Assembly (NCBI GenBank): GCA_951406725.2
Contig: OX597826.1
Span: forward strand, 68,944,001-69,008,000
Source: Octopus vulgaris
Taxonomy: Eukaryota
DNA length: 64,000 bases
Direction: 5' to 3'
The notes under the pieces: model-generated
Seen by the model: only the letters and a program-made list of their open reading frames with translations
Database searches by the model: none
Told to the model about the DNA's origin: nothing
In this document: piece by piece, positions 1-12,720 of the stretch
How the letters are laid out: each line of letters begins with the position of its first letter
Numbering within the stretch: the first letter of the stretch is position 1
Position numbers and translations under genes: made by a program

Positions 1-262
1 TTGATCGTTCGGCTGTCAGTGGCTACTGCCGTGATGACCGTTGGGTGGCAGAAAAAAAAAAAAAAAATATACATCATGTTTTATGTGTGTGTGTGTTCTC
101 ATCTAAACCTGCCTTGTCAAGGAAACCCCCCCGCTGTGAAAAAACCAAGCCCCGTTTGTCTTACAGGAGTAATTCCCCTTGCAGTGGTTAATCGTAGATA
201 TCTTAAAGGCTATTTCAGAATTTGTTACCAAGGGTTATGGGTGCCGGTATTATTTATAAACG

Positions 263-1294
263 CTATTTAAAAGCCAGATAAGTGTAACGCCGCCAATGGG
301 GGCATCGAAAAGCCGACTGTAAAAGCCCGTTTACCATCCGGCCTCTGGCAAACAAAATATGGAAGAGTTCGGAGACACAAAGGTTGCACTGCCTTCTGCC
401 CCTATCAAATGGGAGGGCCACCGACAAAATTGACCATTCCAGCCTGTAGCTTAAGTTCGTATCCTTCAGTCGCCATATTAGCTTACTGAGTCCCGTGGTC
501 TGGCGCTTGTTCATGTCCCGAAAAGTTGCGTAATGGTTGGAGACACGCAAAGACAATCTTGAGGATGAGGCCCCTACATAAGTGAAGACATCTGAGTCCG
601 TGTAAACCTTGCATTGGTAGACGGCGTTTTTGATCTTGGAGTTCGCCGACGTGAATCTAATTCTGCTAGGATTAGTTTCTGAAATTAGAACTGCGTTCCT
701 GTCACTATATTCGTTCCGAGACCTGCAGCCGCTTACTACTCTATTTTCCACTACGTCACTATTAACTATAGGAATAACCCCTGATTCTCCACTATCTATC
801 AAAGTGCTGTCATTGCTACTGCCCGTGGTGCTGCTATTGCGGGAAATGATGCTGGGGATGCTATTGGGGCTCTCTACCCTACTCCCATTGTTACCGTCAA
901 CCACAACACCCCTATTTATAACTATACCCCTAGTGGGTACTCCCTGGCTGGAGCTGAGATTATGTGTCACTGTACTGGCTCTCATATCATTATTACTACT
1001 ATAATTATTCCTACTGAGCATTAAACCGGGAGCGGAAGAGGCTGTGCCTCCGGAAAAAGATGATAGGGTCTTAGTAAGTAGCCTATTATTATGGGAGGCG
1101 ATTATCTGGGCGAGGTTTTTAGTGTTGGAGAAAGCTATCCTAACTTTATGCGAGTTAACCGTGGAGTAATATTTGGAATTTCTGGGGAAGTTATTGGCGA
1201 TGGCTTGTCTAAACATGAGGGGGAGGTTAGTTCTAATCTGCTTACCAAAGGGGATTACAAACCATATATGCTTATTCCTATTTTTTCTCGCCCC
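263..1294 (-). CDS. Penelope-like element GIY-YIG endonuclease ORF with PLE thumb/linker region, no RT domain
   Basis: Stop-free for 343 codons (first ATG at 1216). N-terminal RKNRNKHIWFVIPFGKQIRTNLPLMFRQAIANNFPRNSKYY...KVRIAFSNTKNLAQIIASHNNRLL matches the PLE post-RT linker pattern (R.IIWFNPP...FP......N...VK.SYS...N...II..HN..LL). C-terminal AVYQCKV...YVG....LSLRVSNH...F...TGLSKLIW...WSIL...CNLCVSE...N...RCPH is a PLE GIY-YIG domain. A long Ser/Asn-rich insert separates the two parts. Confidence 0.85.
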   Translation of the reverse strand, partial: GARKNRNKHIWFVIPFGKQIRTNLPLMFRQAIANNFPRNSKYYSTVNSHKVRIAFSNTKNLAQIIASHNNRLLTKTLSSFSGGTASSAPGLMLSRNNYSSNNDMRASTVTHNLSSSQGVPTRGIVINRGVVVDGNNGSRVESPNSIPSIISRNSSTTGSSNDSTLIDSGESGVIPIVNSDVVENRVVSGCRSRNEYSDRNAVLISETNPSRIRFTSANSKIKNAVYQCKVYTDSDVFTYVGASSSRLSLRVSNHYATFRDMNKRQTTGLSKLIWRLKDTNLSYRLEWSILSVALPFDRGRRQCNLCVSELFHILFARGRMVNGLLQSAFRCPHWRRYTYLAFK

Positions 1295-1822
1295 TTATAA
1301 AACATCCAATATTCCTTAAATAGTCAGAACTTTATTCTCGGTCACAAAGAACATCTACGCCCCCTCACCCACATGATTGACCGATGCCTGACCCGTTGAA
1401 TTCTTCAGCCACCGGTTCTCAACATACACTGATAAACAGTTTCGCCATGGGCTCTTAGGAGCATAGTTCGATTTGTTTTTGCTCCGCCTCTGTTCTGTTT
1501 TTGTTTTTCCAACGGATTTCCTATTTTCTTCCTGAAGAGAAAGACACAATATGGTCCCATTATTCCATCGGATTTTGGTAATTTGTGCCTTTCGAAACAC
1601 GTGTAGAATGAAATAAAACGATTTCTGTTCAATCTGCGTTCAGCTCCATTTCTTCAATTCACCAATAATGTTCTAATTTCAATTATCCGCACCAACGCAC
1701 GGTTGCAACACCATATGGTTGTACCTCCAACCGTGCTGTTTTACTGCTGTGATTTTTGCTACTAAGGTATCGGTTAAACTTTTGATTAATCTACTACAAG
1801 ATTATTCATCTTTCTATTTCAC

Positions 1823-1866
<44 letters not shown>

Positions 1867-2099
1867 CGAGGGCTTGAGCAAGTGAAACAATGCAGTATTG
1901 AACAAATTTAGTTAGAATTATATTTATTTAAAAGCAAATTATCTCAGCTGGACAATATCAATTTTTACCCCAAGGAAGAAGCCGGTCTCTTAGAAAGAAA
2001 CAATTCTCCATTCTGGAATTAGAATAGCAACACTGATAAATGCTACATTTTGAACTTTGAAAATGGCTTTCACATTGCTATGTTTTTGCTTTCATATTG

Positions 2100-2670
2100 T
2101 ATCGTAAAGTATGTTTTAGCTGGCTTCTTCGCTTGCTGGTTTAGATTGTCACTTAAGCATTTATGAAAACACCTGAGGGTAATAATATTTTTTTCTGCAA
2201 TTATTGACTTTATAATTAATATAGAGTGGCCACGTGTATTGATGCAGCTGTCCAATATTATTTTGCTCGCTGGTTTTCACACGTTTTGAATGGCCAATCG
2301 CTATGGGTATACGCGGTTGTCTTTTTTCTTTATCATATCAGGCTTGCTATGTTTGAACTTGGTAGATACATTGATGAAAATGTTCCATTAATATTCCTTG
2401 TGTGGATATATAACCTGTATTCGATAACAGATGTGGTACATATCTATCCCAGAGCAGTCGTCTTGTTGCATTGCATATTGGTAAAAAAGTAACATCGTAT
2501 CACAAAAGCAGGAAGGACATCGATAATAATTTTTGATAGATGCTGAATGCCTGCTTAATATCATCTACAGCAGAGTATCATAATTGAAAATTACGGTTGC
2601 ATCTAGGGAGTTTAACGGCTTTACCATAACTTTTGTTCGTTTGATATTTCATAGGAATCTCTTACTCTTG
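2100..2670 (-). pseudogene. Decayed PLE GIY-YIG fragment
   Basis: Minus-strand pieces read ...IDVLPAF...FYQYAMQQDDCSG..YV, resembling PLE KDVLP...VIYQF.C..C...YVG; many frameshifts and stops. Confidence 0.4.
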
Positions 2671-2683
2671 GACAGCAAAAGCT

Positions 2684-2990
2684 GAGGCGCAATGGCCCAA
2701 TGATTAGGGCAGCGGACTCGCGGTCGGAGGATCGCGGTTTCGATTCCCAGTTGTGTGTGTTTATTGAGCGAAAACACCTAAAAGGTCCACGAGGCTCCGG
2801 CAGGGATTGGTAACGACTCCTGTTGTACTCTTTCGCTCCAACTTTCTCTCACTCTTTCTTCATGTTTCTTGTCCCCGACTTCCTACACAACCGCTGAGCC
2901 TGGATGCGCATTCATCCATCCGTCGATGCTCTCGGTGTCGAAGGTTGACCTGCCATCTCTTCTGCGGGTCTTACGAATAGCAAAGGACCA
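2684..2990 (+). mobile_element. tRNA-derived SINE, family C (head GGCGCAATGGCCCAGTGGTTAGGGCAGCGGACTCGCGG), tail variant 1
   Basis: A-box/B-box-like tRNA head shared with copies at 13730, 17308 and 22006. Confidence 0.8.
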
Positions 2991-3516
2991 CGTTTCGGAC
3001 TTCTCCCACTACAGGTTGGGACGAAGACCGCTTCGCTCAACAGCAACAGCAAAAGCAATAGCTTTATCCTTGAGAAGTGACATGATATAATGATCACAAA
3101 TCCAAAAGAGGCCAGTTCACATTCCGCCACGGTCGATATCGTCTTTCATCCTTTCGGGGTCAATACAATATCTACCAGGGAAGCACTGGCGTCGATGTAA
3201 TCGACTTACTCCATGACCCAAAATTTCTGGCCTTGTGTCACAATTTGAAAGCATACATAATTATTTTGTGGCATGCATACATATTAGTTGAACCATCCTT
3301 GTTCTGCGTTCACGTGACATTGGAAGGGACGTACTTCGTGAGGAGTTCTTTGACGACCCGTAACATGTTATTCATTTCACTTGCTACCTCAGTTAATATA
3401 TTTACGTCTGCCACCGTCACTTAGCAAGTGTCGTATGAGGGATAGCATACACCCCTCAAAGGCTGTCTTATCTTCTCTTATATCCTTCCCTCCTTTTTCT
3501 TTTCTTTTACTGTGAA

Positions 3517-3911
3517 CTAGCAGTATCGCCCGGCGTTGCTCGGGTGTGTAATGGAAATAACTATATAAGCATTATTAGAGAGTTATAGCCCAAAAATAGC
3601 AAAAAAATGCATTAAAAATGGAAAAAAATTATGGTAAATTTTTTTTTAAATCGTTAACTCATCGTAGACATTTTTAGAGAGTTACTTCCCTTATATAATA
3701 GCGAAAAAATGCATTAAAATAGAAAAACATGATGGTATTTTTTTTTAAATCGTAGACTCATCGTAGACGCGCGCTAATACCCAGAAGGGCTCGATATGAA
3801 TCCCGACTATAAGATACCCGGTTTTGGTTAAACTGCACCGCAAAATGTGGCAGTAGTTAGGAATCTAAATCGTAGGAGACAGACACACAACCTTACTTTT
3901 ATATATAAAGA
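3517..3911 (-). mobile_element. Non-autonomous Helitron
   Basis: Minus strand begins TCTTTATATATAAAAG and ends with hairpin CCCGAGCAACGCCGGG then GATACTGCTAG; inserted between A and T; near-identical to 32947-33337. Confidence 0.85.
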
Positions 3912-4534
3912 TATCCTATTTTCTGTATTAGTTTATGGGTGATGTCAAGATCTTAGGTATTCTAATGTTGACTGAGCAGATTTGTTCTGAATATTTACTG
4001 CAACTACTGCACTTCCGGTTCTTCTTTTGTTGTATGAGGAAAGAAAAGCCTGTCATAACAATTTTAGTTTCGTATAATATTCATTGATTACTCTGTTTTG
4101 TCCAGAGAACTTTTCTAAGATAATTTTCAACAACAGCTTGACAGATGTAACAAATGTTGTGCAGAATAGGAGAGGAAGAAAAACTATAGATGTTACGTTC
4201 GGGGGTTTGAATGAGAATTTGCGTGTTTAATTGTCAAATTTGAGCATTGATTTCTGACCAAATTCTGTCCCTAAATCAGCAGATAAATTTGTTACCAATC
4301 CAGGCGTGTGTTGACATTGTAAATACCTCAAGCTGACTACATTAGTGTCTTTTATAGTTGTAGACATTGGATGGACATAATCTGTGGAGTTTTGTAAAAA
4401 GTTTTCACAATGGATTTAAGAACAGAATAAAGCAAAGCACAAACTTTTCCGTTGCAATATTCCTTTCGCGAAAAATATTTATCAGACGGAAAACAACTAT
4501 CTGTTCTCAGTTAATTATGTAAATATTGTAAAGT

Positions 4535-4930
4535 AGCGAGCTGGCAGAATCATTAGCACGCCGGGCGAAATGCTTAGAGGTATTTGGTCTGTCTTTACGT
4601 TCTGAGATCAGATTCCGCCGAGGTCGACTTTGTCTTTCATCCTTTCGGGGTCGATAAATTAAGTACCAGTTACGCACTGGGGTCGATGTAATCGACTTAA
4701 TACCTATGTCTGTCTTTGTTTGTCCCCACTGTGTTTAGCCACTTGTGGGTAATAAAGAAATAGGTATTTGGTCTGTCTTTACGTTCTGAGATCAAATTCC
4801 GCCGAGGTCGACTTTGCCTTTCATCCTTTCGGGGTCGGTAAATTAAGCACCAATTCCATACTGGGGTCGATCTATTCGACTGCCCCACTCCCTCCAAAAT
4901 TTCGGGCCTTGTGCCTAGTAGAAAAGAATT
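4535..4930 (+). mobile_element. tRNA-derived SINE, family B (GCGAGCTGGCAGAATCGTTAGCACGCCGGG head), dimeric body
   Basis: Body GTTCTGAG..AATTCCGCCGAGGTCGACTTTGCCTTTCATCCTTTCGGGGTCGATAAATTAAGTACC repeated with ~184-bp period; many related copies in the window. Confidence 0.85.
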
Positions 4931-5519
4931 ATGTAAATATTGCGGGCCAGGTTATTATGGCCTATAATATTTTAATGACAGCAAATAAGGCAACAAGTAC
5001 TGCTGCTAACTGAAGTGACATCCGAATCCAAGAGCTGGGAATAAAATTGAATGTTTTCTTCTAACCGATCCTCACATCCACCAGATTTTTATCGTGTCAG
5101 ATTATTCCATACAACACAGCTTACTTATTAAAAGTTGGTCGGCACACAGTTTCATTTAATATTTATATGTAGGTAAGTATACGTACATAAATTTGGACTT
5201 ACACGCACAGAACACACAAACACACACTCATTTTTTCTCATTCTCTCTCCCTCCCTCTCTCTCTCTCTCTCTCTCTGTCACATACACACGCTCATACATA
5301 TGCACACCCATTCACACATACATACACGCATACAGACACGCGCACGGGCATATTATTTAACGAGTTTTATACCTCACAACTGTACGGTTCAGATGATATA
5401 TTTCTATTCAAAGGTATTGAGTACTTAATAGAGTCATACACGGATCAATATCTTCAAGGTGCAGATCGCATCAACGTGAAACACGAATCGCAAGATAAAC
5501 ATTCATTTTAATTAAACTG

Positions 5520-6110
<591 letters not shown>

Positions 6111-6319
6111 CGTGCATGCGTACATGTGCGGCAAGGTGACTGGCCGATCCACACCGTATTATCGGTGTAAGTCTATTTATCTGTTTTTCCTCAAGTCAAA
6201 CCGTTTTCTAAACTGGAATTGTTTGGCAAAGATACAATTTCGGTAAGAACGTCATCATGTGTCTTAATGGAAAATTTTATAGTTATTCCTCACAGAAAGC
6301 GAGAAGGTGTCGGTCAGCG

Positions 6320-6554
6320 TCGGCGGCGGCGGCAGCGGCGACGGCGTCCTCAACGGCAACGGCAACGGTGGTGGTGATGGTGGTGCTCCTCGTGGGCTCT
6401 TTTGAACCTTATGAATATATGATTTTTCCCTGGGTTCCCTGGTGGTGGTGGTGGTGGTGGTGGTGGAAATATAAACTCCTAGATTGATGCGTGATTACAG
6501 GAATTTTTCTTTTGTAATTTTTGAAATTGTCGATGTTGTTATTGTTGCTGTTGC

Positions 6555-6598
<44 letters not shown>

Positions 6599-7091
6599 TT
6601 GTTGTTGTTGTTGTTGATAGTTTGTTCGTTCATTTCTTTGTCTGGAGGTGTTGGTGGTGGCGGTGCTGCTGTTATTGTTGTTGTTCTTGTTGCTATTGTT
6701 GTTGTTAGCGGTGGTGTTGGAGGTTGGGCAGGGGGGGGGGTCAATGTTTAATTAAGCCGTATCTTTTCGAAAACAGTCATGGCAAAGTTATTAAAAATGT
6801 AAACTGTTGAGAAATCATTATAGTTATTGATTTTTATTGTTGTTGTTTGTGTTTTTGTTGTTGTTGTTGTTGTTGTTTTTGTTGTTGATTCAAGAAATAT
6901 GAGAAAATATAAGGAAAATGGTTATTAATATTATTATTTTTTTTTGTTTTACTTATATGTTTACATTCGTTTCATACAATTATTATATTTATTTTCATTT
7001 TACCACCATATCTTCTTCTTCTTCTTCTTCTTCTTCTTCTTCTTCTTCTTCTTCTTCTTCTTCTTCTCCTACACTTTTCCTCCTCCTCCTC

Positions 7092-7153
<62 letters not shown>

Positions 7154-7247
7154 GCTACATCTAGTTTTGATTTTCTGCTCCTCCCCTTCCTCCTACTCCC
7201 GCTTTTTATTATTATCATTGTTATTTTCATTCTTTTTATTATTATTA

Positions 7248-7320
<73 letters not shown>

Positions 7321-7503
7321 CATTATTATTATTATTATTATTATTATCATTATTATTATATTTATTATCATTATTATTATTATTATTGTTGTTGTTGTTG
7401 TTGTATTTGTTGTTATTATTATTTTTAGAAAATCATTACTTTGAATATTAGAAATCATTACATTTTTTTTCTAATTATAAATATTCTAAATGGTATAACT
7501 GTT

Positions 7504-7580
<77 letters not shown>

Positions 7581-7590
7581 TCTCGTCGTC
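6320..7590. repeat. Compound trinucleotide microsatellite cluster (GGC, GGT, GTT, TTC, CTA, ATT, ATC)
   Basis: Successive blocks of different triplets directly visible. Confidence 0.95.
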
Positions 7591-8084
7591 GTCGACTTTA
7601 CCATTATCATTACCATTGTCATAATGTTTTTCAACAATTTTATGCGTGTTTCCACAGCACCACCAGGTGCACATCCGTGTCCCTGAGGTGCACATGGCAT
7701 TGCCTGTTTAGAAATTTAGAATCGTATTTGCATACTACATCAACTGTGTTGTGTTGTGGAGGTTTATTTCTCTTCTTTTTACCACCACCACCGCCACCAC
7801 TCTATTTTTTTTTTTAGTGCTTTTTGTCTTTGCTGTAGAATACGTGATAAGTGAATCGTGCATATTATGTTGTTTGTGTTTCGCTGATTCTCTGTGATTT
7901 CTGTTTTTTTCTGTTTTAGGGTCGGAAGAGGAGTCGGTGGAGTATGTGGGCTGTGACCTGTGTTATATTAATGGCTGGTAACAGAATACAAGGCGAATTG
8001 TATGAGTGAATTGGTTTTATTGTGATGGGTATTAACTATGTAAGGGTATCTAGTGGATAATTATATTGCTTTAAAATTTTGGCA

Positions 8085-8885
8085 GAAAATTAGTAATTTC
8101 GGAGTGGGTTCTAAGTCGAATTCAGCGACACCGGTGTTCAATGGGTACTTGTTTTATCGGCCGTGAAATGATAAAAAGCAAAATCAACCAAGGCAGAATT
8201 TTATTTTAGACTGTAAAGACAGATGAAATACCGATAAGCACATTGCCCGGAGTTCTAACGATTTACAATCTGTGTGTGATTATATTGTTTTCAAATTTTG
8301 GGACAAGGGCAACGATTTCGAGATGGCGTTAAGGTGATTATACCGACCTTTCTTATTTCTTTATTGCCCACAAGGGGCTAAACATAGAAGGAACAAACAA
8401 GGACAGGCAAAGGGATTAAGTCGATTAAATCGACCCCAGTGCGAAACTGGTACTTAATTTATCGAACCCGAAAGAATGAAAGCAAAGTCGACCTCAAGGG
8501 GTGTTTGAACGCAGAACGTAAAGACAGACGAAATATCTATTTCTTTACTACCCACAAGGGGCTAAACACAAAGAAGACAAACAAGGACAGACAAAGGGAT
8601 TACGTCGATTATATTGACCCCAGTGAGTAACTGCCCGAAAGGATGAAAGGCAAAGTCGACCTCGGTGGAGTTTGAACTCAGAACGTTAAGACGGGCCAAA
8701 TACCTATTTCCTTACTATCCACAAGAGGCTAAACATAGAGAAGACAAACTCCAGTGCGTAACTGGTACATATTTAATCGACCTCGAAAGGATGAAAGGCA
8801 AAGTCATCCTCGGCGGAATTTGAACTCAGAACGTAACGGCAGACGAAATACCGCCAAGCATTTCGCCCGGCGTGCTAACGATGAT
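8085..8885 (-). mobile_element. Family B SINE cluster (multimeric young copy 8350-8885 plus older decayed copy)
   Basis: Reverse complement of family B head at 8860-8880 and three body units GAAAGGATGAAAGGCAAAGTCGACCTCGG. Confidence 0.8.
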
Positions 8886-9158
8886 TAAATATAAAACTGA
8901 ATGCTCTTCCTTGTCTGTCGTTATGTCGATGCGCCGGCGCCCGTGATTGTGCCAGTGAATATCCCCAGACTTGCAAGGAATGGAGGAGCTGGAGAAATAA
9001 GTGGGCAGTTGTTTTATTGCGCTTGTTGCATAGAGAGAACATTAAGTTAGTAGCTTTTTCTGCTGTTGTATTTTTGTGGTTGTCTACGGCTAACTATAGA
9101 ATCGAGTTTTCAAAATTTAGTTTAGATTTTGAACGCAAGTTATGGCCTCCACTCTCAT

Positions 9159-9578
9159 AGGCGCATGAGTGGCTATGTGGTAAGTAGCTTGCTTACCAAC
9201 CACATGGTTCTATGTTCAGTCCCAGTGCGTGGCGCCTTGGGCAAGTGTCTTCTACTATAGCCTCGGGCCGACCAAAGCCTTCTGAGTGGATTTGGTAGAA
9301 GGAAACTGAAAGAAGCTCGTCGTATATATATATATATATATGTATATACATATGTATGTGTGTGCATATGTTTGTGTGTTTGTGTTTGTCCCCACAACAT
9401 CGCTTGACAACCGATGCTGGTGTGTTTACGTTCTCATAATCTAGCGGTTCGGCAAAAGAGACCGATAGAATAAGTACTAAGCTTACAAAGAATAAGTGCT
9501 GGGGTCGATGTGCTCGACAAAAGGCGGTGCTCCAGCATGGCCGCAGTCAAATGACTGAAACAAGTAAAAGAGTAAAAG
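9159..9578 (+). mobile_element. tRNA-derived SINE, family A (GGCGCAGGAGTGGCTGTGTGGTAAGTAGCTTGC head, internal microsatellite, GTAAAAGA tail)
   Basis: Full-length copy; >10 related copies in the window. Confidence 0.9.
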
Positions 9579-10054
9579 TGTATATGCTTTTTCCCTGATG
9601 ATGATTACCTGACGTTAGAATAACTTTTCCTTTTTTTTTCTTCTTTTATCCGGGTATTTTACAATTCCACTCTGATTTAGTCATTTGTTATTTTAACATT
9701 AGTGTTACTTTATCCTTATCTAAATCTTTTTCTGCAGTGTAGTTAGTTTACACTTTGTATGTTATTATTTCCTTATAAACAATAAACATAAAAATTTTGT
9801 TTTCTTCACGTTTCCTTAGATTTCAGTTCCCCTTGCTTCCAAGAAATTGTCTACTGCCATAGATATTGCATTGTAGTAGAGTTCTCTTTCTATGCGGCTC
9901 CACCCTTCCTGTTTGCGGACCGTTGAATTTATCTATATCAATTTAAAGTAGTGCTTTCGAAATACGCCTAGCACTTCCTTGCTTTTTTTTTATACCACCC
10001 CCAACCCTGAGCTCTTCAACTCACTCAACTTCCTCTTTTTCAATGTTGAAACTG

Positions 10055-10473
10055 TACTCTTTTTCTCTTTTACTTGTTTCAGTCATTTGAGTGTGGCCAT
10101 GCCGGAGCACCGCCTTTAGTCGATCGAGCAAATCGACCCAAGGAATTGTTCTTTGTAAGCCTATTACTTATTCTATAGGTCTCTTTCGCCGAACCGCTAA
10201 GTTACGGGGACGTAAACACACCAGCATCGGTTGCCAAGCGATGTTAAGGGGACAAACACAGACACACAAACATACACACACACACATATATGTATACATA
10301 CATATATACGACGGGCTTCTTTCAGTTTCCGTCTACTAAATCCACTTACAAATCTTCGGTCGGCCCGAGGCTATAGTAGAAGACATTTGCCCAAAGTGCC
10401 ACGCAGTGGAAATGAACCCGGAACCATGTGGTTGGTAAGCAAGCTGCTTACCACACAGCCACTTCTACATCTA
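10055..10473 (-). mobile_element. Family A SINE
   Basis: Full-length reverse-complement copy, inverted relative to 9159-9578. Confidence 0.9.
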
Positions 10474-10604
10474 TGAACTGAAGTCCATAGATAAGATAAC
10501 TATAGTATTTCTTAAACTATAATCTTATTTCCAACACTTTTATTTTAGGCTTTAATGCTAGACAAACGATAAGGCGGCGAGCTGGCACGATCGTTACTGC
10601 GCCG

Positions 10605-10700
10605 GGGGGAGGAGGAGAAAGGGGGAGGAGAAAAGGGGGAGGAGAAAAGGGGGAGGAGAAAAGGGGGAGGAGAAAAGGGGGAGGAGAAAAGGGGGAGGAG
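10605..10700. repeat. Purine minisatellite (GGAGGAGAAAAGGGG)n, ~6 units
   Basis: Directly visible; follows a truncated family B SINE head at 10572-10605. Confidence 0.85.
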
Positions 10701-11711
10701 GTGAGGAGGAGGAGGAGGACGACGACGACGACGACAACGACGAGGATGAAGAAATATAAAGTAGATATTTTAAAAAGAGAAAACAGTATTCGATGCCAAA
10801 ATGAAATCAAAGTTGATCCTTGGATGAGGAGATGTTTTTGTCAGAAATTTGTGTATTGATGGTGATTTCAGCCGTCCAAATTTTTTATTGCTGTCTCTTA
10901 AATGCGAGAAGGCAACCACATAAAAGATCACTGTCAACTTGGACTGCAGAATAGCCTATTATTTCCTCCTCCAAATATTTTATGGAATACATTTACAAAA
11001 CTAGCTTTAAAATGGAGAGGTTGAATATGACGAAGGAAGGCTCAGTCACACCGTCTACGCCATGTATTAAATTAACGCAGAAATCTACTAAATGCCTTAA
11101 TTGCGAGCCCTATTCTTGCCTAAGAAGAACTAAATACCGGTTTGCCAATTATAATTGCTAACACGGTTACTAGCATATTATCGTAGTCGTTCAGAATAAC
11201 AAATTTATAGCAGCCTTGGAGGTCACAATTACCCTGGAGCTTTCAATGCCGGCCACGAAAACACGGTGAACCATATCAACAACTACAAAGGCATTAAAGT
11301 GAATATCGACAACAACACTTGCGTAATGACAAGTACATTTCTTTCATTTGCCGGCATAACAAGTACACAGACACAGCATTAGCTTCGAGGCAGATGTAAT
11401 GTCAAAGAGAAGTGTACGGATGACGCTGTGAAGCTAGTTTCATTGTGCACTTGACATACGCACTGATATTCAGCATCGCCAAAAAAGGTTTCTTTTCTTA
11501 CACATACACGAAGAGATAAAAATTCGAGACGAAAATATCTCTACGCCAAACTAATTTCTGATGTGCTTGAAACATGTAAAACCTACAGTGGGAGTACTTG
11601 GAAAGAGGGAGATGAAATGTACGATGGTATCACTCTGTTACAATAGTAAGAAACACATACACTTGACAACAGCTTGCATCTCACAACTCTCTGTCTGTCT
11701 AACTGTCTGTC

Positions 11712-11750
<39 letters not shown>

Positions 11751-11755
<5 letters not shown>

Positions 11756-11960
11756 ATCCAAACATGAAAACACAAAGAGAAAACACAACAACGCGAGGAC
11801 GTGGAACAAATAAAGTATTATTGGACGCTCAGGAAGGGAAGAAGGAAGGTTTAACGTTTCGAGTGGAGCTCTTCGTCGGAAACATAGGAGAAGGAAAGAT
11901 CCAGAGAAAGGAAGAAAGAGGAAAAAAAGTCGCCAACGGTACACACGTGGTCACATTTTG
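11751..11960 (-). mobile_element. Short PLE pseudo-LTR-type unit with minimal hammerhead (core ~11848-11883)
   Basis: Minus strand GTTT-CCGACGA-A-GAGCTCCACTC-GAAACGTT-AAAC; flanked by (TA)n on both sides; second copy at 33990-34190. Confidence 0.7.
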
Positions 11961-12106
11961 AATATATATATATATGTACAAAATTTAGAGGATTGACCAC
12001 TTAAAGTGGACATCTTGTATACTAGAAATAGACGTCAAAATCGCAATGGTGGATTTCGTTCGAGCGACCTGTATCTAGTTCTAGAAATTGTGTTTCGTAA
12101 ACGACA

Positions 12107-12186
12107 GACTTTGCTGATGATCTTGCAGATGTTTATGTATTCATATACGTAAATTATTAACAAGTGAAACTAATTAGTACATAGGT
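12107..12186 (+). ncRNA. Type I hammerhead ribozyme (copy 1)
   Basis: CTTTG-CTGATGA(12114)-T-CTTG[long hairpin]CAAG-T-GAA-ACTAATTAGT-A-CATAG; palindromic stem III; GUA site; one mismatch in stem I. Confidence 0.75.
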
Positions 12187-12640
12187 AATCGTTTTTTATT
12201 TCGTATATTTTCATTTGTCTTGCTTATTTTTATGCTTTGGTATTTTGCTGAATTTTTTCTTGAGAACACATTCTCCGTGGTAAATAGCGATTTTGACGTC
12301 TATTTCTAGTATACAGGCTGTCCGCTTTTAGTGGGCAATCCTCTAAATTTTGTATGTAAAATAATTTTTAATCTTCGGATGTTTTTAAATATACTAGACC
12401 ACTGGTTTTAATTGATTAATATCAATTTCTACCCTTATTTAATTTTAAATAAAAGATGTTCTCTAACCGGTAATTTGACTACTGTAGTTTATTAATTGCA
12501 GAGTAATTTCCGATCCCAGTGCGCCAAAGTGAAGGCATTTGAAAGATACACATAAATATAATTTGTGAAACTCTATGCAATGTTGGATTTCGGTCGAGCG
12601 ACCTGTATCTAGTTCTAGAAATTGTATTTCATAAATGACA

Positions 12641-12720
12641 GACTATGCTGATGATCTTGCAGATGTTTATGCATTCGTATACGTAAATTATTAACAAGTG
12701 AAACTAATTAGTACATAGGT
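12641..12720 (+). ncRNA. Type I hammerhead ribozyme (copy 2)
   Basis: CTATG-CTGATGA(12648)-T-CTTG...CAAG-T-GAA-ACTAATTAGT-A-CATAG; stem I CTATG/CATAG fully paired. Confidence 0.8.

Noticed and set aside
630-1004. 124-aa Leu-rich plus-strand ORF
   Set aside because: It is the antisense shadow of the Ser/Asn-rich insert of the GIY-YIG ORF.
1425-1465. Hammerhead-like CCTAAGA-GCCCATGGC-GAAACTG-TTTAT-CAGTG upstream of the GIY-YIG ORF (minus)
   Set aside because: The core deviates at two positions, the site would be GUG, and stem I does not pair; chance or too decayed.
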